DNA of 64,000 nt from Candidatus Fermentibacteraceae bacterium (GCA_041750285.1 JBGSZS010000004.1:288001-352000), one strand, 5' to 3'. Counted from the first letter of the stretch, positions 36,536-46,078 are shown. Numbers and translations are program-made. Notes: generated by a model from the letters alone, not told the origin.

Positions 36536-37936
36536 CTAGCCGCTCCAGTCGTTCTGGAGCACGGCCCTGATGTCGGCCCCGAGCTGCCCCATGCGTATGT
36601 CCCTTACCAGGCGTCCCAGCATGTACGAAGGCCTGAAGTAGAACCTGCGGTGAAAGGCCGCGTAGAACTTCTGTATCGTGTCCCAGTCGAGGTTCTCGTG
36701 CTTCCACACCTCGGTTGTGCAGTGGAAGTTGTACTTGTCCCAGTCGCGCGAGAGTATCCTGCCCTCCCTCTCGATCAGCGTGAAGAGCGGCGAGGATGGG
36801 AACGGAAGGGTCATGGAGGCCTTGGCGTAGGTGAGGGGAAGGCTGCAGGCGAACCTGAGGTTCTGCTTCATGGTCTCGACGGTGTCTCCCGGAAGGCCCA
36901 GCATGAAGAAGCCGACGGTTTCCAGCCCCTCCTCGTGGGCCATGACCACGGCGTTCCTCACGGTGTCCGGGTCCTGGTGCTTGTTCACCCGCGAGAGCAC
37001 TTCGGGCACTCCGCTCTCGATGCCGAAAGACACCTGATAGCAGCCCGCCTTCTTCGCCAGCCTGAAGAACTCGCGGTCCACATCCTGAACGTTCACACCG
37101 GTGGGCAGCGCCCAGGGAGCCTTGAACCCCCTCTTCATTATGAGTTCAACGGTCTCCTTGGCCCTGGGGAGGTTCGCGGTGAAGTTGTCGTCCTTGAAGT
37201 GGATGTCACGGAAACCCAGGTCGAGCATCCTGAACATCTCGTCCACGACGCGTTCGGAGCTCTTGCTTCTGACCGAGTGGCCGAAGACGCGCTGGCTGCA
37301 GTAGAGACAGTGGTGGTTGCAGCCCCTGTTGGTCTCCATGTAGCCGACCGGGTTCTTCCTGCTCGCTATGTGGGGAGAGTGGTAGAAGCGCAGGTCGTGA
37401 AGCTGCCACGCGGGCAGCGGAAGGTCGTCGAGGTTCCCGATAAGCGGACGGGGCGGGTTCATCACGAACTCGCCGTTGCTGATGCGGGCCACTCCCTGTA
37501 TCTCCCCGGGATCCTTCCCCGAGCAGATCTCCCGCAGCGTGTTCTCGCCCTCGCCCATGACGACCAGGTCGAACTCGGTCTCGCGAAGGACCTGTTCGGG
37601 CAGCGTGTTGGCGTGGATGCCCCCGCAGATGAGCACCACTTCCGGCAGCACCTGCCGGGCCATCGCCGCCAGTTCCCTGGCCTCCCTGTAAAGCGGGGTC
37701 GTGAACGTCACCCCCACGAAGTCGGGCTTCCATGCCGTAAGAGTTTCGCGGTAGGCATCGAGCGGGCGCCCCTCTATCATGAGGTCGGAGATGCGCACCT
37801 CGTGACCATCCTCGAGAGCCGCGCCCGCAAGCGACGCCAGCGTGATGAAGGGCGCGCTCGTTATGGCGACCCTGATCTTGCTCTTGTTGTACACTCCGAT
37901 GGCGGAGGGCGGGTTCACCAGCAGAAGTCTTGCCAT
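36536..37936 (-). CDS. B12-binding radical SAM protein
   Basis: LLVNPP, GGIH, GEGE, RGCNHHCLYC, DDNF, GIESG. Confidence 0.92.
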   Translation of the reverse strand: MARLLLVNPPSAIGVYNKSKIRVAITSAPFITLASLAGAALEDGHEVRISDLMIEGRPLDAYRETLTAWKPDFVGVTFTTPLYREARELAAMARQVLPEVVLICGGIHANTLPEQVLRETEFDLVVMGEGENTLREICSGKDPGEIQGVARISNGEFVMNPPRPLIGNLDDLPLPAWQLHDLRFYHSPHIASRKNPVGYMETNRGCNHHCLYCSQRVFGHSVRSKSSERVVDEMFRMLDLGFRDIHFKDDNFTANLPRAKETVELIMKRGFKAPWALPTGVNVQDVDREFFRLAKKAGCYQVSFGIESGVPEVLSRVNKHQDPDTVRNAVVMAHEEGLETVGFFMLGLPGDTVETMKQNLRFACSLPLTYAKASMTLPFPSSPLFTLIEREGRILSRDWDKYNFHCTTEVWKHENLDWDTIQKFYAAFHRRFYFRPSYMLGRLVRDIRMGQLGADIRAVLQNDWSG

Positions 37937-38052
37937 TAGGGGACCCTTTCGTAAATCGTGGTGCGGGAACCGGTATGATAGAATAAGATGCGCCTTTGCG
38001 CCAGTTTCCGGCGCGGGTTTTCCGGGGGGGTTCCGGACGTTATAGTCTTCCC

Positions 38053-39027
38053 ATGAGTTCGCAGATGATCCTCGCAGCGGTCCCGGCCCTGAACGAAGAG
38101 GCAACGATAGCCGGCGTTCTCGCGGGCATTCCCCGGGAGATCGGCGGGCATCCCGTCGAGGTGCTTGTTGTCGACGACGGCTCAACCGACCGCACAGCGG
38201 ATATTGCCAGGTCAGCGGGAGCGTACGTCATCTCCCACGGCAGGAACATGGGGCTTGGCGACACCTTCCGCACGATGCTTGGCTTCGCCCGTGAGGGAGG
38301 GTACCACTTCCTGGCAACGATCGACGCCGACGGCCAGTTCGACCCCGGACACCTTCCCGTCCTGGCGGCGCCGGTCCTCTCCGGTAGCTTCGACTTCGCA
38401 ACGGCCAGCCGTTTCGCGGACCCTTCACTCACGCCGCGCATGCCACGGTTGAAAAGGATGGGCAACCGCTGGGTGGCCGGCCTTGTAAGCCGTCTAAGCA
38501 GGATCAGTGTGAAGGACGCCACATGCGGCTTCAGGTTCTACGGACCCCGCGCGCTTGACAGGGTGTCGTGCCTCTCCAGGTTCACCTATACGCAGGAAGT
38601 CGTCATCGACCTGGCCATGAAGGGCATGCGCATCAGCGAGGTCCCCCTGTCGATAAGGGGGGAACGGGCTTCGGGAAGGTCACGCATCGCCGGCAACCTC
38701 TGGAGGTACGCGGTCCTCTCCACCGAAGCCATGTACTCAGTGGCCCACGGTCACTCACCCTGGCGTGTATACGGCGGTCCCGCCCTGTTCCTCATGGGGC
38801 TGGGCATACTGATGGATGCCTTCGTATTCGCCCACTGGCTCGCCACGGGGAAGGTGACCCCCTTCGCAGGTGTCGGCATCGGAGGGCTCTTCCTGATCAC
38901 ATTCGGCATCCTGCTGCTGCTGTTCGCCTCGGTCGCCGACATTGGCAGCTCGAACCGGAAGCTTCTGGAAAGCCTTCTGGAGACCGATACCAGAAGGAAG
39001 CGGGAGCAGGCCCGGGACGGGCGATAA
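38053..39027 (+). CDS. Glycosyltransferase family 2 (polyprenol-phosphate GT-like)
   Basis: PALNEE, VVDDGSTD, IDADGQ, DATCGFR; two C-terminal TM helices. Confidence 0.9.
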   Translation: MSSQMILAAVPALNEEATIAGVLAGIPREIGGHPVEVLVVDDGSTDRTADIARSAGAYVISHGRNMGLGDTFRTMLGFAREGGYHFLATIDADGQFDPGHLPVLAAPVLSGSFDFATASRFADPSLTPRMPRLKRMGNRWVAGLVSRLSRISVKDATCGFRFYGPRALDRVSCLSRFTYTQEVVIDLAMKGMRISEVPLSIRGERASGRSRIAGNLWRYAVLSTEAMYSVAHGHSPWRVYGGPALFLMGLGILMDAFVFAHWLATGKVTPFAGVGIGGLFLITFGILLLLFASVADIGSSNRKLLESLLETDTRRKREQARDGR

Positions 39028-39048
39028 AAGCCGCTGGCGTTCGCTCGC

Positions 39049-39648
39049 CTATATCCCGGGGCTCCAGGCGTCAAGGAGTTCAAGACGCCCCGATACGAAC
39101 CCGTTCGTGGTCTCGATGGTGACAGTGTCGCCCATCCCTCCGATCACGTCGTTCCAGTTGAAGATCATCTCGTAGCTGTTGGTGTTCAGGGGAGTCGAGG
39201 CCGACATGGAGTACTCCTCGACAGTTATGGTGTATGAACCGCCGGACGTTTCGATGATCGTCAGCCTGACGAGCCCGTTGCCGAATGATCCCCCGACGTC
39301 GACAATGGTCGTCCCGGAGCCGGTCATTGAACCTCCGGGCATCACCGTGGAGACCGTGACCGGAATGGTGCCGTCGCCGCCCAGGCCCCAGGTTTCGGTG
39401 AGAGGGTTGTACTGCGCGGTCAGTTCGATGCCGTTGCTGCTCTGATCAGTCTCCCAGAGGATCGAAGAGCCATCGGGTCCCGTCCATTGGTACGAGAAGT
39501 CCCAGAAGAAGGCAAGGTGTTCACCATCCACCGGGCCGAGTGAAAGGTCACGATCCTGCCCCGCGGACTGGGCTGCGGCGTGCCCCGAGGCCAGGAGAAC
39601 CAGGAGAACGGCATGAACCGCTCTGGCCGGAACGCATCCTGTTCCCAT
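39049..39648 (-). CDS. Secreted hypothetical protein
   Basis: GGGAGG SD; signal peptide ending AAA; Thr/Gly-rich beta-type sequence. Confidence 0.65.
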   Translation of the reverse strand: MGTGCVPARAVHAVLLVLLASGHAAAQSAGQDRDLSLGPVDGEHLAFFWDFSYQWTGPDGSSILWETDQSSNGIELTAQYNPLTETWGLGGDGTIPVTVSTVMPGGSMTGSGTTIVDVGGSFGNGLVRLTIIETSGGSYTITVEEYSMSASTPLNTNSYEMIFNWNDVIGGMGDTVTIETTNGFVSGRLELLDAWSPGI

Positions 39649-39768
39649 CAGTATCTCCCTCCCGATTATTGAACGGTCTTGGCTTGGCATGGTTAAGATA
39701 GTGCAGAACAGTCTTTTGGGAAAGTGCCTGCCGATCCGGGAAGCTCTGATGCGGCGTGCTTCAGGATC

Positions 39769-39809
39769 ATCATTGAAATGTCAAACCCTGCCTTTGAGAT
39801 TTCAATGAT
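39769..39809. other. AT-rich 17-bp inverted repeat
   Basis: ATCATTGAAATGTCAAA-CCCTGCC-TTTGAGATTTCAATGAT, one mismatch. Confidence 0.75.
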
Positions 39810-39833
39810 ACGAGGCAGGTGCCGGGCCTGCGC

Positions 39834-40457
39834 CTAGTCCGCTCCGCCCAGGATGACCTTGATGCGGCCGAATGTGCAGCCCTCGAGAGCCATTTCGCAG
39901 TCAAGGATCATGTACGGGACCATGTCGGAAAGCTCTCCCGAGGGGTCGGGGCTTCCGCCGGGCGGGAAAAGGCTGCAGAGGTTCCTCGCGGGGCCGGCCT
40001 CCCAGTTGTACACCCCCGCCTCGACCATCCCGTCCGGATAGTGGATGTCTATGAGGAGGTTGTCCGTTCCGTTGTAGAAAAAGGGCTGGTCGAACTGGAT
40101 CGTCAGGGTGCTTCCGGCTCCGCCGAAAAGGGGGAGGGAATCGATGAACACAACCTCCTGGAGTGTTCCGGGAGCGCAGTTGTCGGCGAATGTCTCTGAA
40201 AGCTCGTCGATCGCCACGTGGGCCATCTTCATGGAAAAGCCGCCGGCCCAGCCGTACCCCCCGTTCGGGCGTAAGTAGGTAATGCTTTCGATCGTAAGGG
40301 GAAACCCGATATCCTCCTGAAGCACCACCACCTGGCAGTGTTGAAGTCAGTCTCAGGTGTCGAAGGGCGAGGGGAAAACCGACTCCATTTCACCGATCTC
40401 CAGGGTTCCGGCGGAAAGCGCGGCGAACATGGTCAGGACCGGCAGAAGGCTTCTCAT
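39834..40457 (-). CDS. Secreted protein with two in-frame TGA codons (candidate selenoprotein, 207 aa)
   Basis: ATG 40457 with AAAGGTGA SD; MRSLLPVLTMFAALSAG signal; PFDT-TGA-D-TGA-LQHC is in frame with the track ORF 39834-40331; ends in TAG. Confidence 0.7.
40323..40340 (-). promoter_or_regulatory. Putative bacterial SECIS hairpin
   Basis: CACUGCC-AGGU-GGUGGUG; stem starts 12 nt and loop 19 nt after the first UGA. Confidence 0.5.
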
Positions 40458-40460
40458 GAA

Positions 40461-41519
40461 TCACCTTTCATTTCGGTCGATATCGGGCCTTGGCGGGTCG
40501 TTCAGAAGGTCAAGGGTCTTCTCCGAAGGGAAATCCCGCCCCCAGAGGCGTACCCGGGCCTTTTCGGGATCGCGTCTGATCGGGGGCTCATCCTTCACGA
40601 AGGGGTCGTAGAACTTCGTCTTCAGGGTGTCGCGCCACCCCTCGGGGGTGGTGACGTTGTGAAGGAGCCTCTTCTCCGCGGGAACCCTGGGCCAGAAGAC
40701 GTTGTTCCAGAACAGAAGGTACCTGGGGTCGTTGAACACGTCGTCCCAGGTGATGCCCATGAACTCCGTCATGAAGCGGTGGCTGTTCTTCAGTTTGGCA
40801 ACGCTGTCGTCGTTGGGTCCGAACGATTCGATGGCCTGCGCGCATGCGGGAAGAAGGCCGATCACCTCTATGTAGAGCGCGTCCCATTGGTGCTCGGTGT
40901 TTGCGAGGGCCGCCATCTTCGTCCCCTCGTACTCGAGTTCGGTCACGGTGGAGACCCGCTCGTAGGTTTGTGCGGCGAGCCTCTGCTGGAAGTTCACAGT
41001 GGGGGAGAATACGCTCTCCGCCTGCCCGAGGGTTGCAATCGCCGAATCGCGCAGGGGGATGCGGCTCATGTCGAGCAGGACCGTGTCCTCCATCATCAGT
41101 GCGTTGAAGTGAATGGCATTCTCCGCCTGCCGCTCGAGTTCGAAGATCCTGTCGTAGAAGACCTTCTGCCTCTCCCTCTCGCCGGGCGGAAGCGAGTCGA
41201 AGGCCATGTGGTAGCCGGCAGCGGCGATGGCTGCGGGGGGAATACCGTCTGTCTCCCGCGGTTCGTCCTTCAATGCATCTAATTCTTCGGGGGGAGGGGG
41301 CGGTTCCGATGCGAGTTCACCGATCAGCGCCGCGACCTGTGCAAATCCGGGATCCATGCAGATGCCGGCCATGTCGGCACCGCTCTCCGCCCTGGCGACA
41401 AGCCCGAAAAGAAGCTGCTTCGCTTTTATGAGCTTCCCGTTCCGGGGACCCAGGCTGGATTCGTAGTTCCGCAAGGAAAAGCCAAGTCCGTCGAGCATCT
41501 GCCTGAGTGTGCTATCCAT
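40461..41519 (-). CDS. Hypothetical helical protein
   Basis: Long ORF with host-like codon usage, coupled to both neighbours. Confidence 0.8.
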   Translation of the reverse strand: MDSTLRQMLDGLGFSLRNYESSLGPRNGKLIKAKQLLFGLVARAESGADMAGICMDPGFAQVAALIGELASEPPPPPEELDALKDEPRETDGIPPAAIAAAGYHMAFDSLPPGERERQKVFYDRIFELERQAENAIHFNALMMEDTVLLDMSRIPLRDSAIATLGQAESVFSPTVNFQQRLAAQTYERVSTVTELEYEGTKMAALANTEHQWDALYIEVIGLLPACAQAIESFGPNDDSVAKLKNSHRFMTEFMGITWDDVFNDPRYLLFWNNVFWPRVPAEKRLLHNVTTPEGWRDTLKTKFYDPFVKDEPPIRRDPEKARVRLWGRDFPSEKTLDLLNDPPRPDIDRNER

Positions 41520-42132
41520 CTGCGAACTCCGTGTACTTCTCTTTCAGAAAGGCCATCTGGCGGTCGGTGAAGGGAAGCATGTCTCGGTAGGGCCTGTGGG
41601 TGAGCAGCTTCTGCCAGGTAAACCCGGGGTCCGCCTCGCGGACCTGCCGGCGGTACTCGCTGAATTTGACCAGGGAGCGGTTCTGATCTTTCCCGCCGGG
41701 ATTGTCGGTGCAGAGGTGAAATAGCGCCCCGACCATCGTTGCGACCGCGTTTATGGCCCGGTCCTCGTTCCTGCCCAGCGAGGCGTTCGCCTCGAATTCT
41801 TCCAGTCTGCGGCTCAGGTCGGCGTGGGTTTCGGCGGCTTCGATAACCGAAAGCCTCTGTCGGTCCTCTTCGGCCCTGCCCTCGTGACCCAGCATGTCGT
41901 AGACGTGTGCCCTGTTTGCATACCTGTCCGCCGCGTTCGCCTTCGCGGACGAGACCATGTTGCCGGTCTGCTTTACAAGCTCCATGAAGGCGCCGGGTGA
42001 GCCGGCCTCCTCGAGCATCTCAAGGTATTGATGGCAGTCCTCTATCTGCGCACGGTGGAGATGGGGAATGATGCCGAATTTTTCGAGCTGGGCGGTGAAG
42101 TACCTGCGCTGCAGGTCCATGGGGTCTGTCAC
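41512..42132 (-). CDS. Hypothetical helical protein
   Basis: GGAGG SD before the GTG; overlaps the downstream gene. Confidence 0.78.
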   Translation of the reverse strand: MTDPMDLQRRYFTAQLEKFGIIPHLHRAQIEDCHQYLEMLEEAGSPGAFMELVKQTGNMVSSAKANAADRYANRAHVYDMLGHEGRAEEDRQRLSVIEAAETHADLSRRLEEFEANASLGRNEDRAINAVATMVGALFHLCTDNPGGKDQNRSLVKFSEYRRQVREADPGFTWQKLLTHRPYRDMLPFTDRQMAFLKEKYTEFADG

Positions 42133-42176
42133 AGCCCCTCCCTTCGTCTTCCCTGCCGGAGATGTGCCGGACGCGG

Positions 42177-43373
42177 TCAGCCGGCTGTCACCCTCACCGT
42201 TTCCCTGGCGATCATCAGTTCCTCGTTGGTGGGGATGACAAGCACTTTTACCCGGCTTTCAGGGGTGGAGATGATCTTCTCCTTTCCCCTCACCAGGTTG
42301 GCCACGGGGTCGATCTCGATGCCCAGCGCCTCCTGGTTGCCGCACACCATCTCCCTGATCTCGGGGCCGTTCTCGCCGATGCCCGCCGTGAACACGATCC
42401 CGTCAAGCCTTCCCAGGGTGGCCGCATATGCGCCGATGTACTTGCGCACCCTGTCGACGAACATGTCGAGGGCGAGTGTCGCCATCTCCTCGCCGCGCTT
42501 GAACGAGGCGTCCTCGATGTCGCGCATGTCGTTGGAAATGCCCGAGATGCCGAGGATGCCGCTCTCGCGGTAGACCATCTTCATGACCTTCTCGAGCGGC
42601 CAGCCGTGCCGTTCCATCAGTTCGAAGAGGGCTGCGGGGTCGACATCGCCGCACCGGGTGCCCATCATGAGCCCGCAGAAGGTTCCGAAGCCCAGGCTCG
42701 TGTCGATGCTGCGGCCGCCCTTCACAGCGGTTGCCGAGCAGCCGTTCCCCAGGTGGCAGGTGATGAGGTTGAGCTCGGAAAGGGGCCGGTCGAGCATCTC
42801 GGCAGCACGCTGGGACACGTACTGGTGGCTGGTGCCGTGGAAACCGTACCGGCGGATCCTGTGTTTTTCGTAGACCTCGTATGGAAGGGCGTAGAGGTAG
42901 TTCACCCGTGGCATGGTCTGGTGGAAGGCAGTATCGAAGACGGCCACGTTGGGCACTCCCGGAAGCTTTGCCATGGCGGCCTCGATGCCCAGGATGTTCG
43001 GCGGGTTGTGGAGCGGCGCGAGGGCGCTGCACTCCCTGAGGCCCTCGAGGACCTCACCGTCTATGAGCACGCTGCTCGTGAACTTCTCACCGCCATGGAC
43101 CACCCTGTGGCCGCAGGCAAGGATCTCGTCGAGTGTTGTGACCGGCCCGTAGGCGGGGTCGGTTATCGTTTTGAGAAGGAGGTCGAGACCCACCCCATGG
43201 TCGGACATGGGTTTTTCCATCCTGATGTCGTGCGGGCCGGCCTGGAACCTGAGAACACCGGTCTCCTCGCCTATCCTCTCCAGAAGCCCCTTGCCAAGCA
43301 TTACGCCTGTCTCGCTCTCGAGAACCTGAAACTTTATGGAGGAACTACCGCTGTTTATAACCAGAATTTTCAT
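42177..43373 (-). CDS. ackA: Acetate kinase
   Basis: INSGSSSIK, GHRVVHGG, APLHNP, FDTAFH, YGFHGTSH, HLGNG, FTAGIGEN, TNEELMIA. Confidence 0.97.
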   Translation of the reverse strand: MKILVINSGSSSIKFQVLESETGVMLGKGLLERIGEETGVLRFQAGPHDIRMEKPMSDHGVGLDLLLKTITDPAYGPVTTLDEILACGHRVVHGGEKFTSSVLIDGEVLEGLRECSALAPLHNPPNILGIEAAMAKLPGVPNVAVFDTAFHQTMPRVNYLYALPYEVYEKHRIRRYGFHGTSHQYVSQRAAEMLDRPLSELNLITCHLGNGCSATAVKGGRSIDTSLGFGTFCGLMMGTRCGDVDPAALFELMERHGWPLEKVMKMVYRESGILGISGISNDMRDIEDASFKRGEEMATLALDMFVDRVRKYIGAYAATLGRLDGIVFTAGIGENGPEIREMVCGNQEALGIEIDPVANLVRGKEKIISTPESRVKVLVIPTNEELMIARETVRVTAG

Positions 43374-43431
43374 TCCAAGGCCTTTCAAAAAAGTGGAAAG
43401 GAGTGAGAAAAGACACCCGAAAATACTCGGA

Positions 43432-44868
43432 TCAGACCCGCTCCGGCAAACCACCCCCAGCGACAGCCTGGCCGGGTCTCACGGCCATCATGGCGAACAG
43501 CACTCCGAAAAGCACCGTGAAGCGGTAGTTGGTAATGGCGGACATGAAGAACGAGCCGGAAGCCATTGCGATGAGTGCGCCGAAGACGCCAAGGAGGATG
43601 GCCCTCCTTTCCGGATCCGGCTCCCTGTATGCCCGTGTGCCCGAACCGGCTATCCCGTGGGCAAAAAGCAGAACAAGGGCGAGAAGGCCCGGAACCCCTG
43701 CGTTCAGGAGGATCTGGAAGTATGAATTGTCGATCGTGCTGAAGGTCATTACCTTCATCCAGTCGAACCTGAAACAGGTGATCTCGTAGCCCTGTCCCCT
43801 GCCCAGAAAAAACCCGGCGGGGCTGTTCACGGAATTGAGGACCTCGACCCACGAGATGGCACGGGCAAGGAACGAAGCGTCGGTGAAATAGCTTCCCGTT
43901 TCCGAACCCGTCCGGTCTGCGATGTCCTGCATCTCAAGGAATCCCGCGGCCTGAACCATGTACCCTGCGACGAGGAAGAAAACGGCTCCGAGCACGGCTA
44001 TCGCCGCCAGCGCTCGCAGAACCTTCCAGATGTCATGACTGGAGATGATCGTGTGAAGTACGAAAACCGAGGCAATACCAAGCAGCATGCCGTACCAGAC
44101 TGAGCGTGTCTGGCTGAGGATGAGCCCCACCAGCATCACCACGGCGGCCGGAAGGACAAGGGAAAGGACGGCCCTGCCCTTCAGCACGAGCTGGCGGGTG
44201 AAAAGGAACACGAACCCCACCGCGATCGCGAATGCCTGCCTGGCCTGAACCCGCAGTCCGGTACTCCGCTCGTACACGAACTCGTCGACCTTGAAATAGC
44301 CCCTCAGAGCAATGTTTATCCCCGCCAGCACACTGGCGGCTATGATCATCTTCACGATCTGGCCTGCTGCTTCCCTGTCGGTCGCCATCAGCCATGCGGC
44401 GGGAAAAAAGCTCAGGTATCCCGGAAGCGTCTTGAACATGTACGCGGCAGTACCCATGTCGTTGCCCGAAGCCACTCCCCAGAAAAGCGAGACGAAACAG
44501 ACCGCAACGAAGAAAACGATCAACCGGGCGGTCGCCCCCGTCCTGACCCTTCCCCTGCCGTCGGGCAGACAAAGCACCCAGAGCAGCATGACCCAGAGGA
44601 AAAGCAGGTCGTCAGGCCGCAGTCTGAAGGGTCCCAGATAGAAGTTCACCAGATCGAGCTGTGTGAACTCCAGGGATATCTGCACACCCAGGAGCATGAT
44701 CAGGGATCTTTTGGGGTAGAACAGCGTGGTGGCCATCAGGGGGATGGCGGCAAGGGCCAGGGCGACATGGGGAAGTGCATCGGAAACGAGGCCGAGAATG
44801 AGAGCGGCAACGACAATCCCGAGCCCGACCGTCATGGTCCTGTCCGGGTGCGCTGCCGTCCCGGTCAA
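43432..44868 (-). CDS. O-antigen ligase / Wzy-like membrane protein
   Basis: Many TM segments; LSQTRS, GRGQG, DNSYFQIL patterns; start uncertain. Confidence 0.75.
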   Translation of the reverse strand: MTGTAAHPDRTMTVGLGIVVAALILGLVSDALPHVALALAAIPLMATTLFYPKRSLIMLLGVQISLEFTQLDLVNFYLGPFRLRPDDLLFLWVMLLWVLCLPDGRGRVRTGATARLIVFFVAVCFVSLFWGVASGNDMGTAAYMFKTLPGYLSFFPAAWLMATDREAAGQIVKMIIAASVLAGINIALRGYFKVDEFVYERSTGLRVQARQAFAIAVGFVFLFTRQLVLKGRAVLSLVLPAAVVMLVGLILSQTRSVWYGMLLGIASVFVLHTIISSHDIWKVLRALAAIAVLGAVFFLVAGYMVQAAGFLEMQDIADRTGSETGSYFTDASFLARAISWVEVLNSVNSPAGFFLGRGQGYEITCFRFDWMKVMTFSTIDNSYFQILLNAGVPGLLALVLLFAHGIAGSGTRAYREPDPERRAILLGVFGALIAMASGSFFMSAITNYRFTVLFGVLFAMMAVRPGQAVAGGGLPERV

Positions 44869-44869
44869 A

Positions 44870-46078
44870 CTAGGTCCCTACGGCCCGGGCCAGCTCGACG
44901 CCAAGCGCCCTGCACCTGGCCAGGTCGTCCCCTGTCGGTGCGAACCTGACCGCAAGGGAATCACCCGCAGGCACTCCCTTCCAATCCGAGAGCAGCCTGT
45001 CAAGGATGGGAACCGCCTCGCCGCTCCAGCCGTGGCTTCCGAACGCCGTGCACGCCCTGTCGTGGAACTTGAGCCCCCGCAGGTACTCGATGTGGTCCGC
45101 CAGGGCCGGGAAGATTCCGTTGTTGAGCGTGGGCGATCCCAGGGCGACCGCACCCGCGGAGAGCATTGCGAGGGCTGCCGCGCTCCTGTGTACGTTGCCC
45201 GCCTTCAAAACACGCACCGGGACATTCTGCGAAGCCGCCCCTTCCGCGATCGCCCGGGCCATGAGCCCCGTGGAGTTCCACATGGTGTCGTAAAGGATCA
45301 CTACGCTGTCGCGGTTCGCGCCCCCGGCCCAATCCTTCCACAGTCCCATCACCCAGTCCGGGCCGGTGGCCGTTCCCGAAAACCAGATCGGACCGTGATC
45401 GGGGGCGATTATGCCGGGTCTTATCCCGAGTTCGGCAACCTTGCCGAGGAGGGTGGTAACCAGCTTCGAGAAGGGGTTGAGTATGTTGGCATAGTACATC
45501 GCCGATTCGTGGCGGAGAACCCCGGGCTCGTAATGGTGGGCCACGAGGTCGGCCCCGGCCATGTGCATTCCGAAAGCGTCCTGGCTGAAGAGGATGTTCC
45601 TGCCGGGCATGAAGGTGAACATGCTGTCCGGCCAGTGCAGCATCCTGGTTTCGAGAAAGGTGAAGCTGTTGCCTCCGATCTCGAGCGTTGAGCCGTTCCC
45701 GACAGCCTCGGGACGCACGGGAAGGTCGTGGAAATGGGCAAGGATGTTTTCCGTCCCGATCCTCGAGGCGAGAAGCCTTTTGGGTCTCAGGGCTTTCAAT
45801 ACCTCGGGAAGGGCTCCCGTATGGTCGGGCTCGGAGTGGTTGCTTATCAGAACGTCGACCCGGTCGGTGACTGAAGCCACCCGTTCAAGGAACTCGCCCC
45901 TGAAAGGTGCCTTCACGGTGTCGATGAGGACGTTCTGCTCACCGGTGACCAGGAACGCGTTGTAGGTCGAGCCCAGGGTGGTCTCGTAGCCATGGAAATC
46001 CCTTACATCCCAGTCTATTGCGCCCACCCAGTGGACACCGGGTGATATCTCGCGGGCGCGGAAGCAGCTTTCCGACAT
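44870..46078 (-). CDS. fprA: Flavodiiron protein (FprA)
   Basis: GSTYNAFL, NHSEPDH, HWPDSM, QDAFG, PDHG, flavodoxin GSPT..FGSHGWSGE. Confidence 0.95.
   Translation of the reverse strand: MSESCFRAREISPGVHWVGAIDWDVRDFHGYETTLGSTYNAFLVTGEQNVLIDTVKAPFRGEFLERVASVTDRVDVLISNHSEPDHTGALPEVLKALRPKRLLASRIGTENILAHFHDLPVRPEAVGNGSTLEIGGNSFTFLETRMLHWPDSMFTFMPGRNILFSQDAFGMHMAGADLVAHHYEPGVLRHESAMYYANILNPFSKLVTTLLGKVAELGIRPGIIAPDHGPIWFSGTATGPDWVMGLWKDWAGGANRDSVVILYDTMWNSTGLMARAIAEGAASQNVPVRVLKAGNVHRSAAALAMLSAGAVALGSPTLNNGIFPALADHIEYLRGLKFHDRACTAFGSHGWSGEAVPILDRLLSDWKGVPAGDSLAVRFAPTGDDLARCRALGVELARAVGT

Noticed and set aside
39834..40457. Genome-wide reassignment of TGA to Trp or Gly
   Set aside because: Many conserved genes here (ruvC, yebC, hutU, purC, ackA, ftsY) end at TGA at their expected C-termini
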